A DNA stretch of 64,000 nt from positions 45,508,001 through 45,572,000 of the forward strand of contig OZ024743.1 of NCBI GenBank assembly GCA_964016885.1, given 5' to 3'. The position numbers and the translations under genes were made by a program. The first letter of the stretch is position 1; each line of letters begins with the position of its first letter. Positions 40,387-55,998 of this stretch are shown piece by piece. The notes under the pieces are model-generated. The model saw only the letters and a program-made list of their open reading frames with translations. It did not search any database and was not told where the DNA came from. The stretch is from Eledone cirrhosa (Eukaryota).

Positions 40387-40395
<9 letters not shown>
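39730..40395. repeat. Fold-back (39730-40098) plus 328-nt tandem unit with HHR
   Basis: ~180-bp arms centred at 39911; 39913-40065 repeated from 40241. Confidence 0.8.
40215..40259 (+). ncRNA. Hammerhead ribozyme, U3-A8 covariant core
   Basis: ggct TTGATAA gtac caatca gtcc GAAAC atggctct GTC agct; stem I extends through ttttcagcaa/ttgctgaaaa. Confidence 0.6.
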
Positions 40396-40431
<36 letters not shown>

Positions 40432-40623
40432 ACAGGGAGAAAAAGACGATTATTAGGAAGAACAATATTTTTGTTTCCTTTTTGTTTTTTTCTCTCATTT
40501 TTCTTGGTTAGAAAATGATTAAAACGAAACATTTTACTTTGTGTGAAGTGTTAAAGTATTAGTTGATTTATTTATTAATTAACAATGGCATTTATTTATT
40601 TATTTATATATTTAATATATATA

Positions 40624-40760
<137 letters not shown>

Positions 40761-40910
40761 GGTAATTCCGAATGAAAAGCAAAGGAAAGAAGAGTGCTAT
40801 ATGTATAGAACAGAGGTATTTAATTAGATCCAGACGTATATTAATATTATCTGGTATCCAGAAACCTTTGGTAATGGAGTAGTTATATTTTGTGTTGTTC
40901 CTTTTCTAAT

Positions 40911-40975
<65 letters not shown>

Positions 40976-41066
40976 ATAATAATAAAATTGAAGACTAAAA
41001 TCCAAAGAGGGCTCGATAAGGAAAATATATATCACATATATAAGAACCGTAGAGCAAATTATTTTA

Positions 41067-41107
<41 letters not shown>

Positions 41108-41642
41108 AAATTAAGATAAATCAAAGTGAATTTAATCTAAATCAAAATTATGGGTGTCATGCCAGAAAGGCATGCGCCATATCACCCGTAAAATAAGCTC
41201 CAAGATTCTAATGAATAGGTCCGAGCATTTTATAACAACTAGAAATTGATTAACATATAAATAAACATATGAAACAATCACAGGGGATAATTTTTACAAG
41301 TGTGTAAGCACACATAGCTAGGTAGGTAACTAAATAAAGTTAACTAGAACTTCAAAAATAGATACCTTATAATATGATTAATCTTCCCTGTATATGTTCC
41401 ATTAAAGTAATATATTTCACCAATTAATCGAATGGTAAACCACGGAGGCCGATACTTGGATTTTCAACAAGGAAGAAGTCCAGCCATCTGTGTTTACTGG
41501 CCAGTCGCTGATTTGAACTTAATGCGTAAACACAGCTGGCTGGACTTCTCCCTTGTTGAAATCCAAGTATCGGCATCCGTGGTTTACCATTCGATTAGAA
41601 GTCCAGCCATCTGTGTTACTGGCCAGTCGCTGATTTGAACTT

Positions 41643-43840
41643 AATGCAGTATTTTAAACCATTCTATTACTTCTCCCGTGCATGACCATTGCTGTAATTT
41701 AGTTTTCTTCCGAAGCTTGGGCAAAATCCTATCCAGTATTCTATTACTGACGATGCCTAGGTCAGATCTGGAGGGGGCTATTTGTCTGACAGGGAGGTCG
41801 GACTCAAAGTTTGGCTTGTGATCTTTAAGGGTAATCCGCGGCTCGCTTGGTTGGTATGGGGCCGTCCTGTCCTCTATGCCGATTCTGGATATAATCCTGT
41901 AAGCTGTGGCATTGATCTCATCCAGGGTAAATCCAGGTGTTTTTTGTAGCACTTCCTCAGTTCCCAGAAGATGGCAATACAAGCACTCAGCAGAACCATG
42001 TAAAAGGAGGGAAGGGGGGACCCAGAGCCTACCCAAGAAACCCAAACAGACCCGGGGACCCCCCACCGTGCCTGGGGAAGACCAACATGTAGCACACAAC
42101 GGGAACTCTAATCTAGGCACGCATAGGTCGACCACCCTCTGCAACTGCAGAAACCCTGAATCATGCCCCCTTGGTAATGAATGCCTCAAGAAGAACCTAG
42201 TATACGGTTGTAGGGTTAAAAACCCCAACTCCGAACACCTCTACATGGGAGCCACATCAACGAGCTTTAAAGACCGCTGGTACAACCATCGCCATTCATT
42301 CAATAAGGAGGCCAAAAGGAAAAGCACGGCTCTCTCCGACCTGATCTGGAAGCTTAAGCTGGACAGGACCCCGTACTCTCTGGCCTGGTACATAATCAGG
42401 AAAGTACCACCCGATAAAGGGGGATCATGCATATGCAAACTATGCCTGAACGAGACCCTCGAGATACTAAGAGGTGGAAGCGGCCTGATAAACCTCAGAA
42501 CCGACTTCTTCGGGACATGCAGACACCTTAGAGCCGAGACCTTCCTCAAGATATATGGACAGTAGCAACACAAGAAGATGTGAACTCTCCTCAAGCTATA
42601 GGGACTTCTACAGAACATGTAAACACCTCTCAGCCAGACCTCCCTCAAGCTATATGGGCAGTAACAACACCCTAGATTGTGAACTCCCCTCAAGCCATAG
42701 AAGACACCAGGCTGAACAGACACCATGATAGCCTAGAGATTGAATCGGACACAGCCATTATAATTTGGCCAACATCTATATAACACAAACACATTTTAAT
42801 TTACTTGATTTCTGACTTTCACGTCCCAATTTTAAATCTTGATTTCTCTTTATTAATTTGTTATTTGTTTTCTGCCCTCTTCACTGCATCACCTTATATT
42901 TATTTTTAAGTTGAGATTGATTATTACACAAACACATTTTGTTTGATTTACCAATCTATCCAACATATTTCTGAACTTGAGATTGATTATGGCACACACA
43001 TTTTATCCTACTTTATTTGAATCTTCATTTTATTTTTCACTTCTCCAAATTCATTTTCATTACTTTTTCACCAATTTTTCATTTATTCTTTATTCTCTAT
43101 TTATTATTTATTTTCAAATTATACAAATTATATTATTTATTTTCTGTTTTCTTCATATACTGCCTTATATTTCTTCATATACATGGAAGAACCAACACCC
43201 CCCATCCCCAACCCCACCCACCACCACCACCACCACCACCACTATGAGAGATGGTGGCAGGAGGGATGAAGAAAAAACACACACAGATACTTCTAAATTG
43301 TCAACAGAAGCAAGACATAAGCTGACCACAACACCAACAACACTACCAAATTAATGATAGAGGTCAAATGCACTTAACAATAGCAAACACAAACACTACA
43401 GGGAGAAAGAATTCTATAGACTTCTGACTGAGGAATGCTTTCAGAACTGACCAATGGGAAGTTTGACACTTTGTTTGTTATTTTCTTCCTTTAACACCTT
43501 GTCCCTTCTACCACTTTATCAATTTTTTAAGCTAACTCCAACAATAACAACACTTAGAATGAGGAATGTTCTAACAACTGACCAATGAGAGGAGAAGAGG
43601 CCCTTTGACATTGAAATTCGTTTGTTTGAATTCAATGAAATAACAACCCAACCAGGAACTGGGCATATCAGAGTATTGACAATATTATACACCTCAACAA
43701 CATATGTACTTGTCTATACCACACTAATGCGGACTGCCTGAAGAGGTTTACAGCCAAAGATGGCTGTCACTGAAATATATATAGCAGTAATAAACGAAGC
43801 TAAATTTTAAACATTTGACTTTTTATTTAACTTTATTTTA
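41643..43840 (+). mobile_element. Hydra-type Penelope-like element with an inverted RT segment (41643-41930, minus) fused to GIY-YIG and 3' UTR
   Basis: Minus strand: ITLKDHKPNF..VRQIAPSRSDLG..WSCTGEVIEWF; plus strand: CNCRNPESCPLGNECL..NLVY..YMGATSTSFK..CKLC..TCRH. Confidence 0.85.
43733..43788 (+). ncRNA. Type-I hammerhead ribozyme
   Basis: actgc CTGAAGA ggttt acagcc aaagat ggctgt cact GAAA tatata TA gcagt AATAAA. Confidence 0.75.
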
Positions 43841-43850
43841 TATATATATA

Positions 43851-44871
43851 TCTGTATATATATATAAAATTAAGTATGTGTGTGTGTGTCGTGTGTCTGT
43901 GTATTACCTATAGGGGCCTACATCTTACGACCGATTTTCATGAAACTTTACAAGCTCATATATTAGTCATCGAGGAGTGTTTTCTATATATCAGCGTATC
44001 GTTTTTTTTTTATTCCGGGGTCGTTCTGCAGATAAAAATCTATATGGGGGGGGGGGGGGGTCACTTTTTTTTAGACATCGAAAAATAAGATTTTTGGCTC
44101 CAGCTCCCACATTTTGCCACCGATATCGTTCAAATTTTAATGCAAAATAGAATTTATCACTGGACATCCTGTAATGGCTTTATATTTTGCATTTGCTCTT
44201 CGGGGATGGCGTGGGAGTCGTTTAAATATTCAAAAATACCACTTTTTCGCTGAAATTTCCGCCTAGCACCCACATTAATCAACATACTTTGTTCAAATTT
44301 TACACTCTGCTAGATCTGATTATTCCACGTCTTAAAATAACTTTACATTTTGGATTTTTTGTTCAGGAACTGCGTGGCAGCCGCATAAATATTCGAAAAT
44401 ACCACCTTTTCGCTGAAATTTCCGCCTTTTCGGCTCTAGCTCCCACATTTTTCAACGATTTAGTTCAAATTTGAAACTTCGGCTCCACCTCACATATAAA
44501 TCAATTTATTTGGTTCACCTTTTATACTACGATAGAACCTATCATTAGATCCCACATTTTTCAACCGATTTCGTTCAAATTCGAAACTTCGGCTCCACCT
44601 CACACATAAATCAATTTATTTGGTTCAACTTTTATACTACGATAGAACCTATCAGTGCACATTTTATAGTAGCTTTACAGTTTGTATTTTTTATTCAGGG
44701 ACGACGAATTATTCCACCTCCCACATATTCCATACGATTTCACTCAACATTTCGCCATTTGCTACAACTTACGACCGATTTTCAAGAAACTCGCAGTCGC
44801 TAAGATCAACACCTTTTCGTTAAAACAGATATTATTTTACCTACCCAGGCAACGCTGGGTACTTCTGCTAG
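43851..44871 (+). mobile_element. Non-autonomous Helitron-like element
   Basis: 5' TC..tatataaaa followed by (GT)n; internal direct duplications; 3' hairpin tacccagg..ctgggta then CTAG; lies between A and T. Confidence 0.65.
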
Positions 44872-46281
44872 TATATATATATATATATATATATTTGTTC
44901 ATATACCTATTCTCGCTTTTCTAGCTAAATCCCCTAACATTCTTGTTAAGTCAAGTTTAACCATATATTCTACCTTCTCTACGAAATAATATTTATTCAA
45001 TTGTTGTTGTACGGAAGTTATCTACTGAAATATTCTGTCAATTTTATTACATACGCTCAACTAAGCCGCTGGTCAAATCATTTATAAAATCATATAGAGA
45101 AATATATTTTATAGAGATTATTATTATAAGTGGTTAGTTTCTACTCTTTAACCCCAGTATATTGCCTAAATCTATTATGTACAATTTAGGAGAGAATTTA
45201 ATAAGAAAACGTCAAAATCAGTTATCTTTGTTTATCCGAATTTAATTGCCTAAAATTAAACAATATATTAGATATTCACATATTGGTTCAGACCGAAAGT
45301 TGAAGTTATAAATATATCATTCTTCATAGCCAATATTAATCGTCAACGTTCACTTCAAACCTTTCCAAATAATTTGTTTGTATTTCAACATTCAAAGCTT
45401 AATATCTGGATTTTAAATAAAATGTTCGATTAAATGCATCTATATATATATTATATTATATTTTGAGAATAAACTCTCAGTCGTTTACAATAATTAAGCT
45501 CCAGGAAGGGGCTCTTCCGAGCAGTTAAATACATTTAAAATATATGATAAACACGAAATGTGTTTATATTGCAACAGACAAAGTTAGCTATTAATGAAAT
45601 AAACTAATTAAAGTGAATACAATTTGTCTGTCTCGATATAAGTCAATAAAGACAAGCTTATATTGGCAACGGCCATGATTCCTGGACAGATTTAAATTTC
45701 AAAATTCAAACCTGTTCTGTAGACGAATTTGAACCTCGAAACCTAAATAAGTTTCGCAACGGTGGAATGTGAATTGAAAAATAAAGAGAATCGAAAGGGA
45801 ATAGAAATAAAAGAGTGAAATATCCAAATCTTCTGTGCTTATCAACAGGAATCCAGTAAAATTAGTATATCTCACATCAAACATTTTGCAGGTCTGACTA
45901 CACGTGCGTAGGCAGGCCAAAACTAGCCGTCCCGCATTCACGGTGCTAGAAATAACAGCCGCTTATGCAGGATTAAGGATCAGCTCTACAATAAAGGAGC
46001 CATACATTATATTATATTTATATATATATATATATTATTATTATTATTATTATTATTACTTTCAAAGTAAAGGCAGTCATGAATGATACAAAATCAAACA
46101 TGTCTCTAAAAACAGCTCAAGATAGAATTCAGAGAATAAAATCGAGTCTTAATCATTATAACACATAAGTGTGCACATATCAAAACATAGAACTAGAGAC
46201 AATCTACACTGAAAGTAAGACTACATAATTCGTTGAGTATCTTATTAAATTTAATAAAAAAAGTTTAAAACAAAATATATA

Positions 46282-46939
46282 TATATTTGAAAAAAAGGAA
46301 CCGAATGACTTCCCTTGTAGCTCTAAACAATTTAATTTTATATTATAATTTTACAATTTGGTTTTGTAGATCTAGTAAGTTCTCTGTTAATTTTGGTGAG
46401 GAGAATTTTTAAAGATTCCTGGTTAGCTTTTCTGGAAAACTTTCTCGCATTCGTCGGTGGCGATTGTCAAACGGATCTCAGGTGGTGTTGTGATGTGTGA
46501 CTCTATATATACATATAAGAGATTTGGGTGTGTCAGGAGTGGGGTTGGTTAATGAGGGTGGGAGTGAAGGAGTGTTGACATAGATTTAAAGGAATTAAAG
46601 CATATATATATATACACACAAGAGCTGAAAGAAAATAGTGAATGGTAAAAGCAAGCTAACTGATTGAAAGTGGAGTTGGGAGGTGCTTGGGTGTTTAAAG
46701 AGTGTTTTAGAAAGTGCCATCCTACTTGTTCCATTTCAATAGTCAACCTTTGGTGAATAAAATATAATGGGCAGATGCTTTTCAATTTCTTTTCTTATAG
46801 CTGAATCAACTATCTTACACTCTTTATAAACTTAGAGAACTTACTCGATCTACAAAACCAAATTATAAAATTATAATATTATAAAATTAAATTGTTTAGA
46901 GCTACAAGTGAAGTCATTCTTTTCCTTTTTTCAAATATA
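46282..46939. repeat. ~100-bp inverted repeats flanking a PLE-like 3' end fragment
   Basis: 46282-46385 is the reverse complement of 46834-46939. Confidence 0.6.
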
Positions 46940-46991
46940 CTTAACTATACCAAGAATTCCACACATTTTCAAATATATATATATATGTGTG

Positions 46992-47022
<31 letters not shown>

Positions 47023-47024
47023 AG

Positions 47025-48322
47025 ATAAATCTACCAAAATAAACGGTAGTGTCCAATCCGTATGAGGAACTCAATGTAATCCAAATATAGTAGATATCAT
47101 GAAAAGAGAAAATGCATTCAAAATTTAACGATAAAAATCATAGGAAAACAGAGTCAAAATACATTAATAAAAACAATGAAATAAAAACAAAGAACAGGTT
47201 CCTTATATTGAAAAAATCATCATTTTATGATCGTTTCTGGGATATATATGTGTGTGTTGTTATGTATATCATATTAAAGATCTATGTAAAAAAAATGTTA
47301 CAAATTATCAGAGGAGATATACATACTTTCACTTATATATGCCATCTTCAAAAATGATGAAGTATGTAAGAAACAAAGTATTAATACAAAAAGTCTGTTT
47401 GGGAACAGATTTTGAATTGATCAATAGAAAAGAGTTAGAGGTCAAGTTGATAGAATAACAGTAGTAGAACCTTATGCTAAATTTATTCTTTGAATGAAAA
47501 GAATACAATTGGGGAAGAGAAAGGTAGGGGTTAAAATGAGGTCAAGTCAATGAGATAGTGAAGGATTCCCCCCAAAAAGTTGATATTATTAAAGAAGGGA
47601 AAGAATTTTTGTCGGATGAGAGTGTTAGTGAGAAATACTACTCTTATTTAAATTTTAAGGAACCTAGATACATAAAAGGAAATTAAATTAATTGATAGGT
47701 ATACTTACAGAGTTAAAATTATATTAATTCTTATGAATGTGATAAATAAAAAAGTAAAAAAATTAAAAAAATAAAAAGTAAAAAATTTTTTTTAAATAAT
47801 AAAAAAATATATATAGAAATACAGAAATAGATAAAATTTTATAAAAAGTAGTGTATCTATCTAAACGTCCATAATATTAAAGATATTAATTATATTTACT
47901 AATCCCAGGTATTAAATGTGATAGATAGAGGATGCGGTTAAAAGAAGTAGTGAGGTTAAAGATAACTTTAGGTAAAGTGAGCTGCAAGAGGGAAATAAAA
48001 TTATGACATTTTTTGTAGTAAATATCTAATTACAGGTTAACTAAATTTTTTTTTAAATGTTTGAATTAATTATAATAATTTGTAAAATATAAGAGTGAGG
48101 TATATATTAACTAAGTTTATAATATTTGAAGGTTAATAATGGAATATATAAATGAAGGTATGTATATCTCCTCTGTGAATTTGTAATATTTTTTTACATA
48201 GATCTTTAATATGATATACATACCAACACGCACATATATATCCCAGAAACGATCGTAAAATGATGATTATTTTCAATATAAGGAACCTGTTCTTTGTTTT
48301 TATTTCATAGTTTTTATTAATT
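47025..48322 (-). mobile_element. 3' UTR-only copy of the 5275-7960 PLE family with inverted pLTR (48140-48322)
   Basis: 47172-48130 aligns with 5274-6243; mutated HHR at 47218-47359. Confidence 0.8.
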
Positions 48323-48344
48323 TATATATATATATATATATATG

Positions 48345-48423
<79 letters not shown>

Positions 48424-48450
48424 GTATGTATGTATATATATATATATATG

Positions 48451-48487
<37 letters not shown>

Positions 48488-48639
48488 TTCTATTATTTAT
48501 AAAGGTTTTTCTTACACATATATGTTTACATTACGTATACATATTTGTTAATGGACATACAGACAGACATACACACAAACACGGACTTAGACGTATACTT
48601 ATGCATATACATACATACATATATATATGTATATATGTA

Positions 48640-48694
<55 letters not shown>

Positions 48695-48933
48695 AGTCCA
48701 CTATTATTGGTAAGGTATGTATGAAAATCTCAATATGCACTTGAGTTTGACAGTAAGCAGGAATCCAACTCAAATCAAAGGTGTACTCCGGAGGTTAAGA
48801 TACTTGTAGATGAAAACTGCGAGGGAAGCTGAGCATAAATATTTGATAGTAATTAAACCAAGGTTATTAAATTAAATCCATCTTTAATCCCCAAAATTGG
48901 TTCCTATACAGATAAGGGCCATGCAAATACATG

Positions 48934-49017
<84 letters not shown>

Positions 49018-49052
49018 CATATATATATATATATGTATGTATGTATGCATAC

Positions 49053-49083
<31 letters not shown>

Positions 49084-49084
49084 C

Positions 49085-49120
<36 letters not shown>

Positions 49121-49130
49121 ATGTATGTAT

Positions 49131-49183
<53 letters not shown>

Positions 49184-49188
<5 letters not shown>

Positions 49189-50039
49189 TGAGGACGATAT
49201 TCGTTCGCAATTTTCAACTGCTAATTTTATGCAATTTTTTTTAATTTCCGTTGTCACTCTTGTCTTCATAAAAACAGTGACTATATTTCCATTATTTGTT
49301 TTCAGAATAATTTATTATGAATAATTTTGAACCTCTAAATTTGTGGAAGAGACACGGAGTTCTTCTTGGAATCCGCGCCGGGAGGACAAGTAAGGCCAGA
49401 ACAACAGGTGGCTCGCTGTCTCATCCAAAGACGTGCCCAGAGTCATGCAGACAAACCTTCCAGCGACAACATTGGTCTTAGATGTCGTCAGCAGTCAAGG
49501 TGACGTCATGCCACCTCACTTCTTGCCTGAGGGCCTTAAGCTGAACACCGATGGCTACATCCGCGTTCTGAGTGAGGTAGCAAAGCCTTGGATCGACCAG
49601 GTAGCTGCAGTTAGGCCGTACGTGTGGCAGCAAGACTCAACGCCCTGCCATACCAGCCGAAAAACCCAAGCCTGGCTGTCAGAGAACTTCGTCGACCACT
49701 CTTCACCTGACATCTGGCCTCCCAGCTCGCCTGACTGCGACCTCCTCGACTACTTTGTGTGGAGCGCAGTGGAACGAGACACCAACAGATCTAGCTGCAA
49801 TACGAAAGACGATCTGAAGGCCAGGATCACAAGTGCCTTTAGGGGCCTAAGTCAGGGGACAGTGACGAAGGCCTGTAGCCGTTTCTGAGGCCGCCTTGAG
49901 ACCGTCATCAAAGCCAATGGCGGGTTTATCGAGTGAAGACAAACTGACCCAAGTTTGATAAATAAATCTTAAAAAGTAAAACTACTGTGTTACTTTTTCC
50001 TAGACAGTAATCTTGCGAACAAATATCATCCGCACCCTG
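49184..50039 (+). mobile_element. Internally deleted Tc1/mariner DD37D (maT-like) transposon
   Basis: ~27-bp imperfect TIRs (49184-49210 / 50013-50039) with TA flanks; QQDSTPCH..WPPSSPDCDLLDY with 37 residues between the last two Asp. Confidence 0.85.
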
Positions 50040-50149
50040 TATATCTACATATATATATATATATAATTGAGGTAAGCGGAGGAAGCAACATTCAAACAAT
50101 TTTTTTAAATAAATTAAAAAATATAATTTAAATATTTACCTATTCCAAT

Positions 50150-50233
50150 TGCTTTTACCGAACGGTTTCACTTCACAAAAGATTGGAGATCCCTAGGAAT
50201 CTCCAATAGAAAAGTTTAGATCATCAGAAAGCA
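50150..50233 (-). ncRNA. Type-I hammerhead ribozyme
   Basis: RC: tgcttt CTGATGA ..acttt..attggagatt cctag ggatctccaat..gaagt GAAACC gttc GGTA aaagca. Confidence 0.7.
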
Positions 50234-50459
50234 TTTTCCTTTCCTAGGACAAAAAGTCCCGGGAACCGCAGAATATATTGCCATCTGCCAGCTAGCACAG
50301 GATCGAATGGGGCCGAAAATTTGACCTATGCATGTACCAGCCCTTAGTAGAAGCGCAAGTAAACATAGACGTGTATCATAGACACCCTATATATTTCCAG
50401 GGGTACTTAGTACCTGTGGCGATATTAACTTCTTATATATATATATATATATATATATA

Positions 50460-51070
50460 CTAGCTGTGGTACCCGGCGTTGCACGAGATAAGGTATTTGG
50501 AACGCGAGCCGCCAATAGACCTAAAAACTGCATGTCTGAACAATATGTAAAGAAAATAAACCGAATACTCTGATGGCTGGATAATCTTTAAGATTTTCCT
50601 CGATGAAGCAGGAAAAGTGCAGGTTTTCACCTAATGCGGGCCCTAGGGGATCAAGAAAATGAATTTATGTGCATAACACTCCCTGAAACATAAGTAATAA
50701 ACATGTAAAGTTTGAAAAAAATCGGTTGGGTACTTCTCGAGTTTTAGGGATTCAAATTCACACACACACACACACAGACATCCTCAAGGAAGTGACGTAA
50801 TGCAGACAGTCAGACATACCGACAGATATTATAAGGGCGCGACATCTATCTAAAAAGAGAAAGACTAAGGATTATAGAACGAGATCGCTAAATCGCCTAA
50901 TGTGGTCCCTGGGGCATAGAAAATTTGAAATTGTTTTTGCTCAGAACACTCCCTGAATCATAAATATTACATGTGTAAAGTTTGAAAACAGTCGGTTGGG
51001 TGGTTCTCGAGTTTTAGGAATTCGAACTCACACACACACAGACAGACATCCTCAGTTTTATATATATAGA
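50460..51070 (-). mobile_element. Non-autonomous Helitron-like element
   Basis: RC 5' TCTATATATATAAAA, internal ~160-bp duplication, 3' hairpin plus CTAG. Confidence 0.65.
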
Positions 51071-52501
<1,431 letters not shown>

Positions 52502-52714
52502 CGTTTCTGAATTTGTTTAGCAAGATTCTTTATCTGAAATCGTGTGTTGAAACCGATATTGTTATACTTTGGGAGGGTCATGTTGCCAATAAGAAACACA
52601 CGCACCAGTTGCTTTCACTTCAATTTAATTTAATATATATTTATAAATTTACAAATTTATAAATTTCTGGTTGGTTGGTTGGTTCCACAACCAGATAGTT
52701 GTTTATATATATAT

Positions 52715-52759
52715 AGTCATAGTTCTTTCGTCACACACTCTGTGACCTCTTCAGTGACT
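52715..52759 (-). ncRNA. Hammerhead ribozyme (left arm)
   Basis: Mirror of 55448-55492. Confidence 0.7.
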
Positions 52760-55447
52760 GGGGATTTCTTTCTTCGTTTCTGTGCCTTTCCTTTCTTCTA
52801 TCCTACGCCATTTTGTTTGTGTGTGGGTTGCGTGCTCAGTTTGCGCATGCGCCACATCCGGGTGTCTGTGTGTGTTTGTGTTCATTTTTCTATTTTTCTA
52901 TATTTGTTTGTTTATTTATTTATTTATTGTTGGTTGGTTGTTTGTTCTATGTGTGTGTGTGTTTTCATTTTGTCTTGTGTGTGTTTTCATTTTGTGTGTG
53001 TTTTCAATTGTAAGTTGTTTATATATGTGTGTGTGTGTTTTCATTTTGTCCTTAATTGTAAGTTGTGATGTTGCTGTTCCACTCATATTTTCTATTTAAT
53101 TTTGGTTTTAATTCTTTTATGCTTACTGCCTCTGTAATTTGCCTAAACATTGCGTCTTTCTTGTGTGTGGATTCTATTTTTATTTCTATGCTCTCTAATT
53201 TACCCCTGTGTTCTATCTTAGCATGTTGGTAGAGCACAGATGATTCTTTACTATCTTGGAGGTCTCGCCAGTGTTCATTTATTCGTTCCCCTATACTACG
53301 AGCTGTCTCACCTATGTACACTATATTTTTGTTTCTACATTGTCCCTCAGTACATCTTATGCTATATACTACATTTCTAGTTTTACAGTTAATATGGGGG
53401 CTTATTTTACAGGTTATACATTTCTTATCTATACATGAGGGTCTTTGGAACGGGTATGTCTTGCTAATAAGTGTTTTTACGGAGGTACCAGGTCTTTCTA
53501 CTATCTTAATATTGAGATTATGTTTCTTTAGGGCCCTTCTAAATTTGTAGGCTAGTTCACCTCTAGGGGTTGTATTGATGAACATTACACTCTGGTATTT
53601 ATTGCTATCATACCATGAGTTTATTCTATTGGCCTTGTTCTTAGTTCTTTCTATTCTATTCCAAAATTTGCTCCTATACAAGGGGCAGGTCCCATTTATG
53701 TCATTATTTACCATTTTTTCCCATTTTTTCCCATTTGGTTCTGGCTCCTTTATACACTCTGATTCTATCTCTCTGATTGTAGCCAGAGAACTGCATACGG
53801 TGGATGAAGTGTTGTATGTGTCTCTCTAGTTCTTCGGGGTTGCACATGCGGGACACATTTCTCATCACCCGTATCAAATCCGCAATCAGTATGTTGATTT
53901 TGGTATGGTCCGAAATGGCCGAGTTTCGGTGGATCAGATGTTTGGAAGTCATGGGTTTGGCATAATGGGAATGGAGGATTTGTTTTTGGTTGTTAATAGT
54001 ATCTAACCAGAGCTCTGTGTCTAGTACAGGTAATCGATGGTTGGGGTGTCTACTTGGGTAGTCTATAGTAACTCTAATGCTCTGGTGGATGGAGTTTGCT
54101 ATAAATAGCAAACTCCATCCACCAGAGCATTAGAGTTACTATAGACTACCCAAGTAGACACCCCAACCATCGATTACCTGTACTAGACACAGAGCTCTGG
54201 TTAGATACTATTAACAACCAAAAACAAATCCTCCATTCCCATTATGCCAAACCCATGACTTCCAAACATCTGATCCACCGAAACTCGGCCATTTCGGACC
54301 ATACCAAAATCAACATACTGATTGCGGATTTGATACGGGTGATGAGAAATGTGTCCCGCATGTGCAACCCCGAAGAACTAGAGAGACACATACAACACTT
54401 CATCCACCGTATGCAGTTCTCTGGCTACAATCAGAGAGATAGAATCAGAGTGTATAAAGGAGCCAGAACCAAATGGGAAAAAATGGGAAAAAATGGTAAA
54501 TAATGACATAAATGGGACCTGCCCCTTGTATAGGAGCAAATTTTGGAATAGAATAGAAAGAACTAAGAACAAGGCCAATAGAATAAACTCATGGTATGAT
54601 AGCAATAAATACCAGAGTGTAATGTTCATCAATACAACCCCTAGAGGTGAACTAGCCTACAAATTTAGAAGGGCCCTAAAGAAACATAATCTCAATATTA
54701 AGATAGTAGAAAGACCTGGTACCTCCGTAAAAACACTTATTAGCAAGACATACCCGTTCCAAAGACCCTCATGTATAGATAAGAAATGTATAACCTGTAA
54801 AATAAGCCCCCATATTAACTGTAAAACTAGAAATGTAGTATATAGCATAAGATGTACTGAGGGACAATGTAGAAACAAAAATATAGTGTACATAGGTGAG
54901 ACAGCTCGTAGTATAGGGGAACGAATAAATGAACACTGGCGAGACCTCCAAGATAGTAAAGAATCATCTGTGCTCTACCAACATGCTAAGATAGAACACA
55001 GGGGTAAATTAGAGAGCATAGAAATAAAAATAGAATCCACACACAAGAAAGACGCAATGTTTAGGCAAATTACAGAGGCAGTAAGCATAAAAGAATTAAA
55101 ACCAAAATTAAATAGAAAATATGAGTGGAACAGCAACATCACAACTTACAATTAAGGACAAAATGAAAACACACACACACATATATAAACAACTTACAAT
55201 TGAAAACACACACAAAATGAAAACACACACAAGACAAAATGAAAACACACACACACATAGAACAAACAACCAACCAACAATAAATAAATAAATAAACAAA
55301 CAAATATAGAAAAATAGAAAAATGAACACAAACACACACAGACACCCGGATGTGGCGCATGCGCAAACTGAGCACGCAACCCACACACAAACAAAATGGC
55401 GTAGGATAGAAGAAAGGAAAGGCACAGAAACGAAGAAAGAAATCCCC

Positions 55448-55492
55448 AGTCACTGAAGAGGTCACAGAGTGTGTGACGAAAGAACTATGACT
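55448..55492 (+). ncRNA. Type-I hammerhead ribozyme
   Basis: agtca CTGAAGA g gtcaca gagtg tgtgac GAAA gaac TA tgact. Confidence 0.72.
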
Positions 55493-55645
55493 ATATATAT
55501 ATATAAACAACTATCTGGTTGTGGAACCAACCAACCAACCAGAAATTTATAAATTTGTAAATTTATAAATATATATTAAATTAAATTGAAGTGAAAGCAA
55601 CTGGTGCGTGTGTTTCTTATTGGCAACATGACCCTCCCAAAGTAT

Positions 55646-55696
<51 letters not shown>

Positions 55697-55998
55697 TATA
55701 TATATATGTATATCCATTAAGGGTGTAAGCAGCGATTCTTTGCTTAAACTTTTATTTTCATAAATATTTGCTCTATGGTTTTGTATATTTATATATATAT
55801 ATTATCCTTGTCAAGCCCACTTCGGATTTTAATCTTCACATTTATTATTATTACTATGTATATATATGTGTGTGTGTGTGTCTGTGTGTGTGTGTGTGTA
55901 AAAGGTAAACAGAAATAACAACACAATCGGTACAGTATATGGAAGGGATATATTAGGTTAACGCTTGATATATATACATAATTACAACAGTGACATAA

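Noticed and set aside
46418-46488. Hammerhead-like fold on the minus strand with good stems II and III
   Set aside because: Core is one nucleotide short (CTGAGA) and stem I is absent
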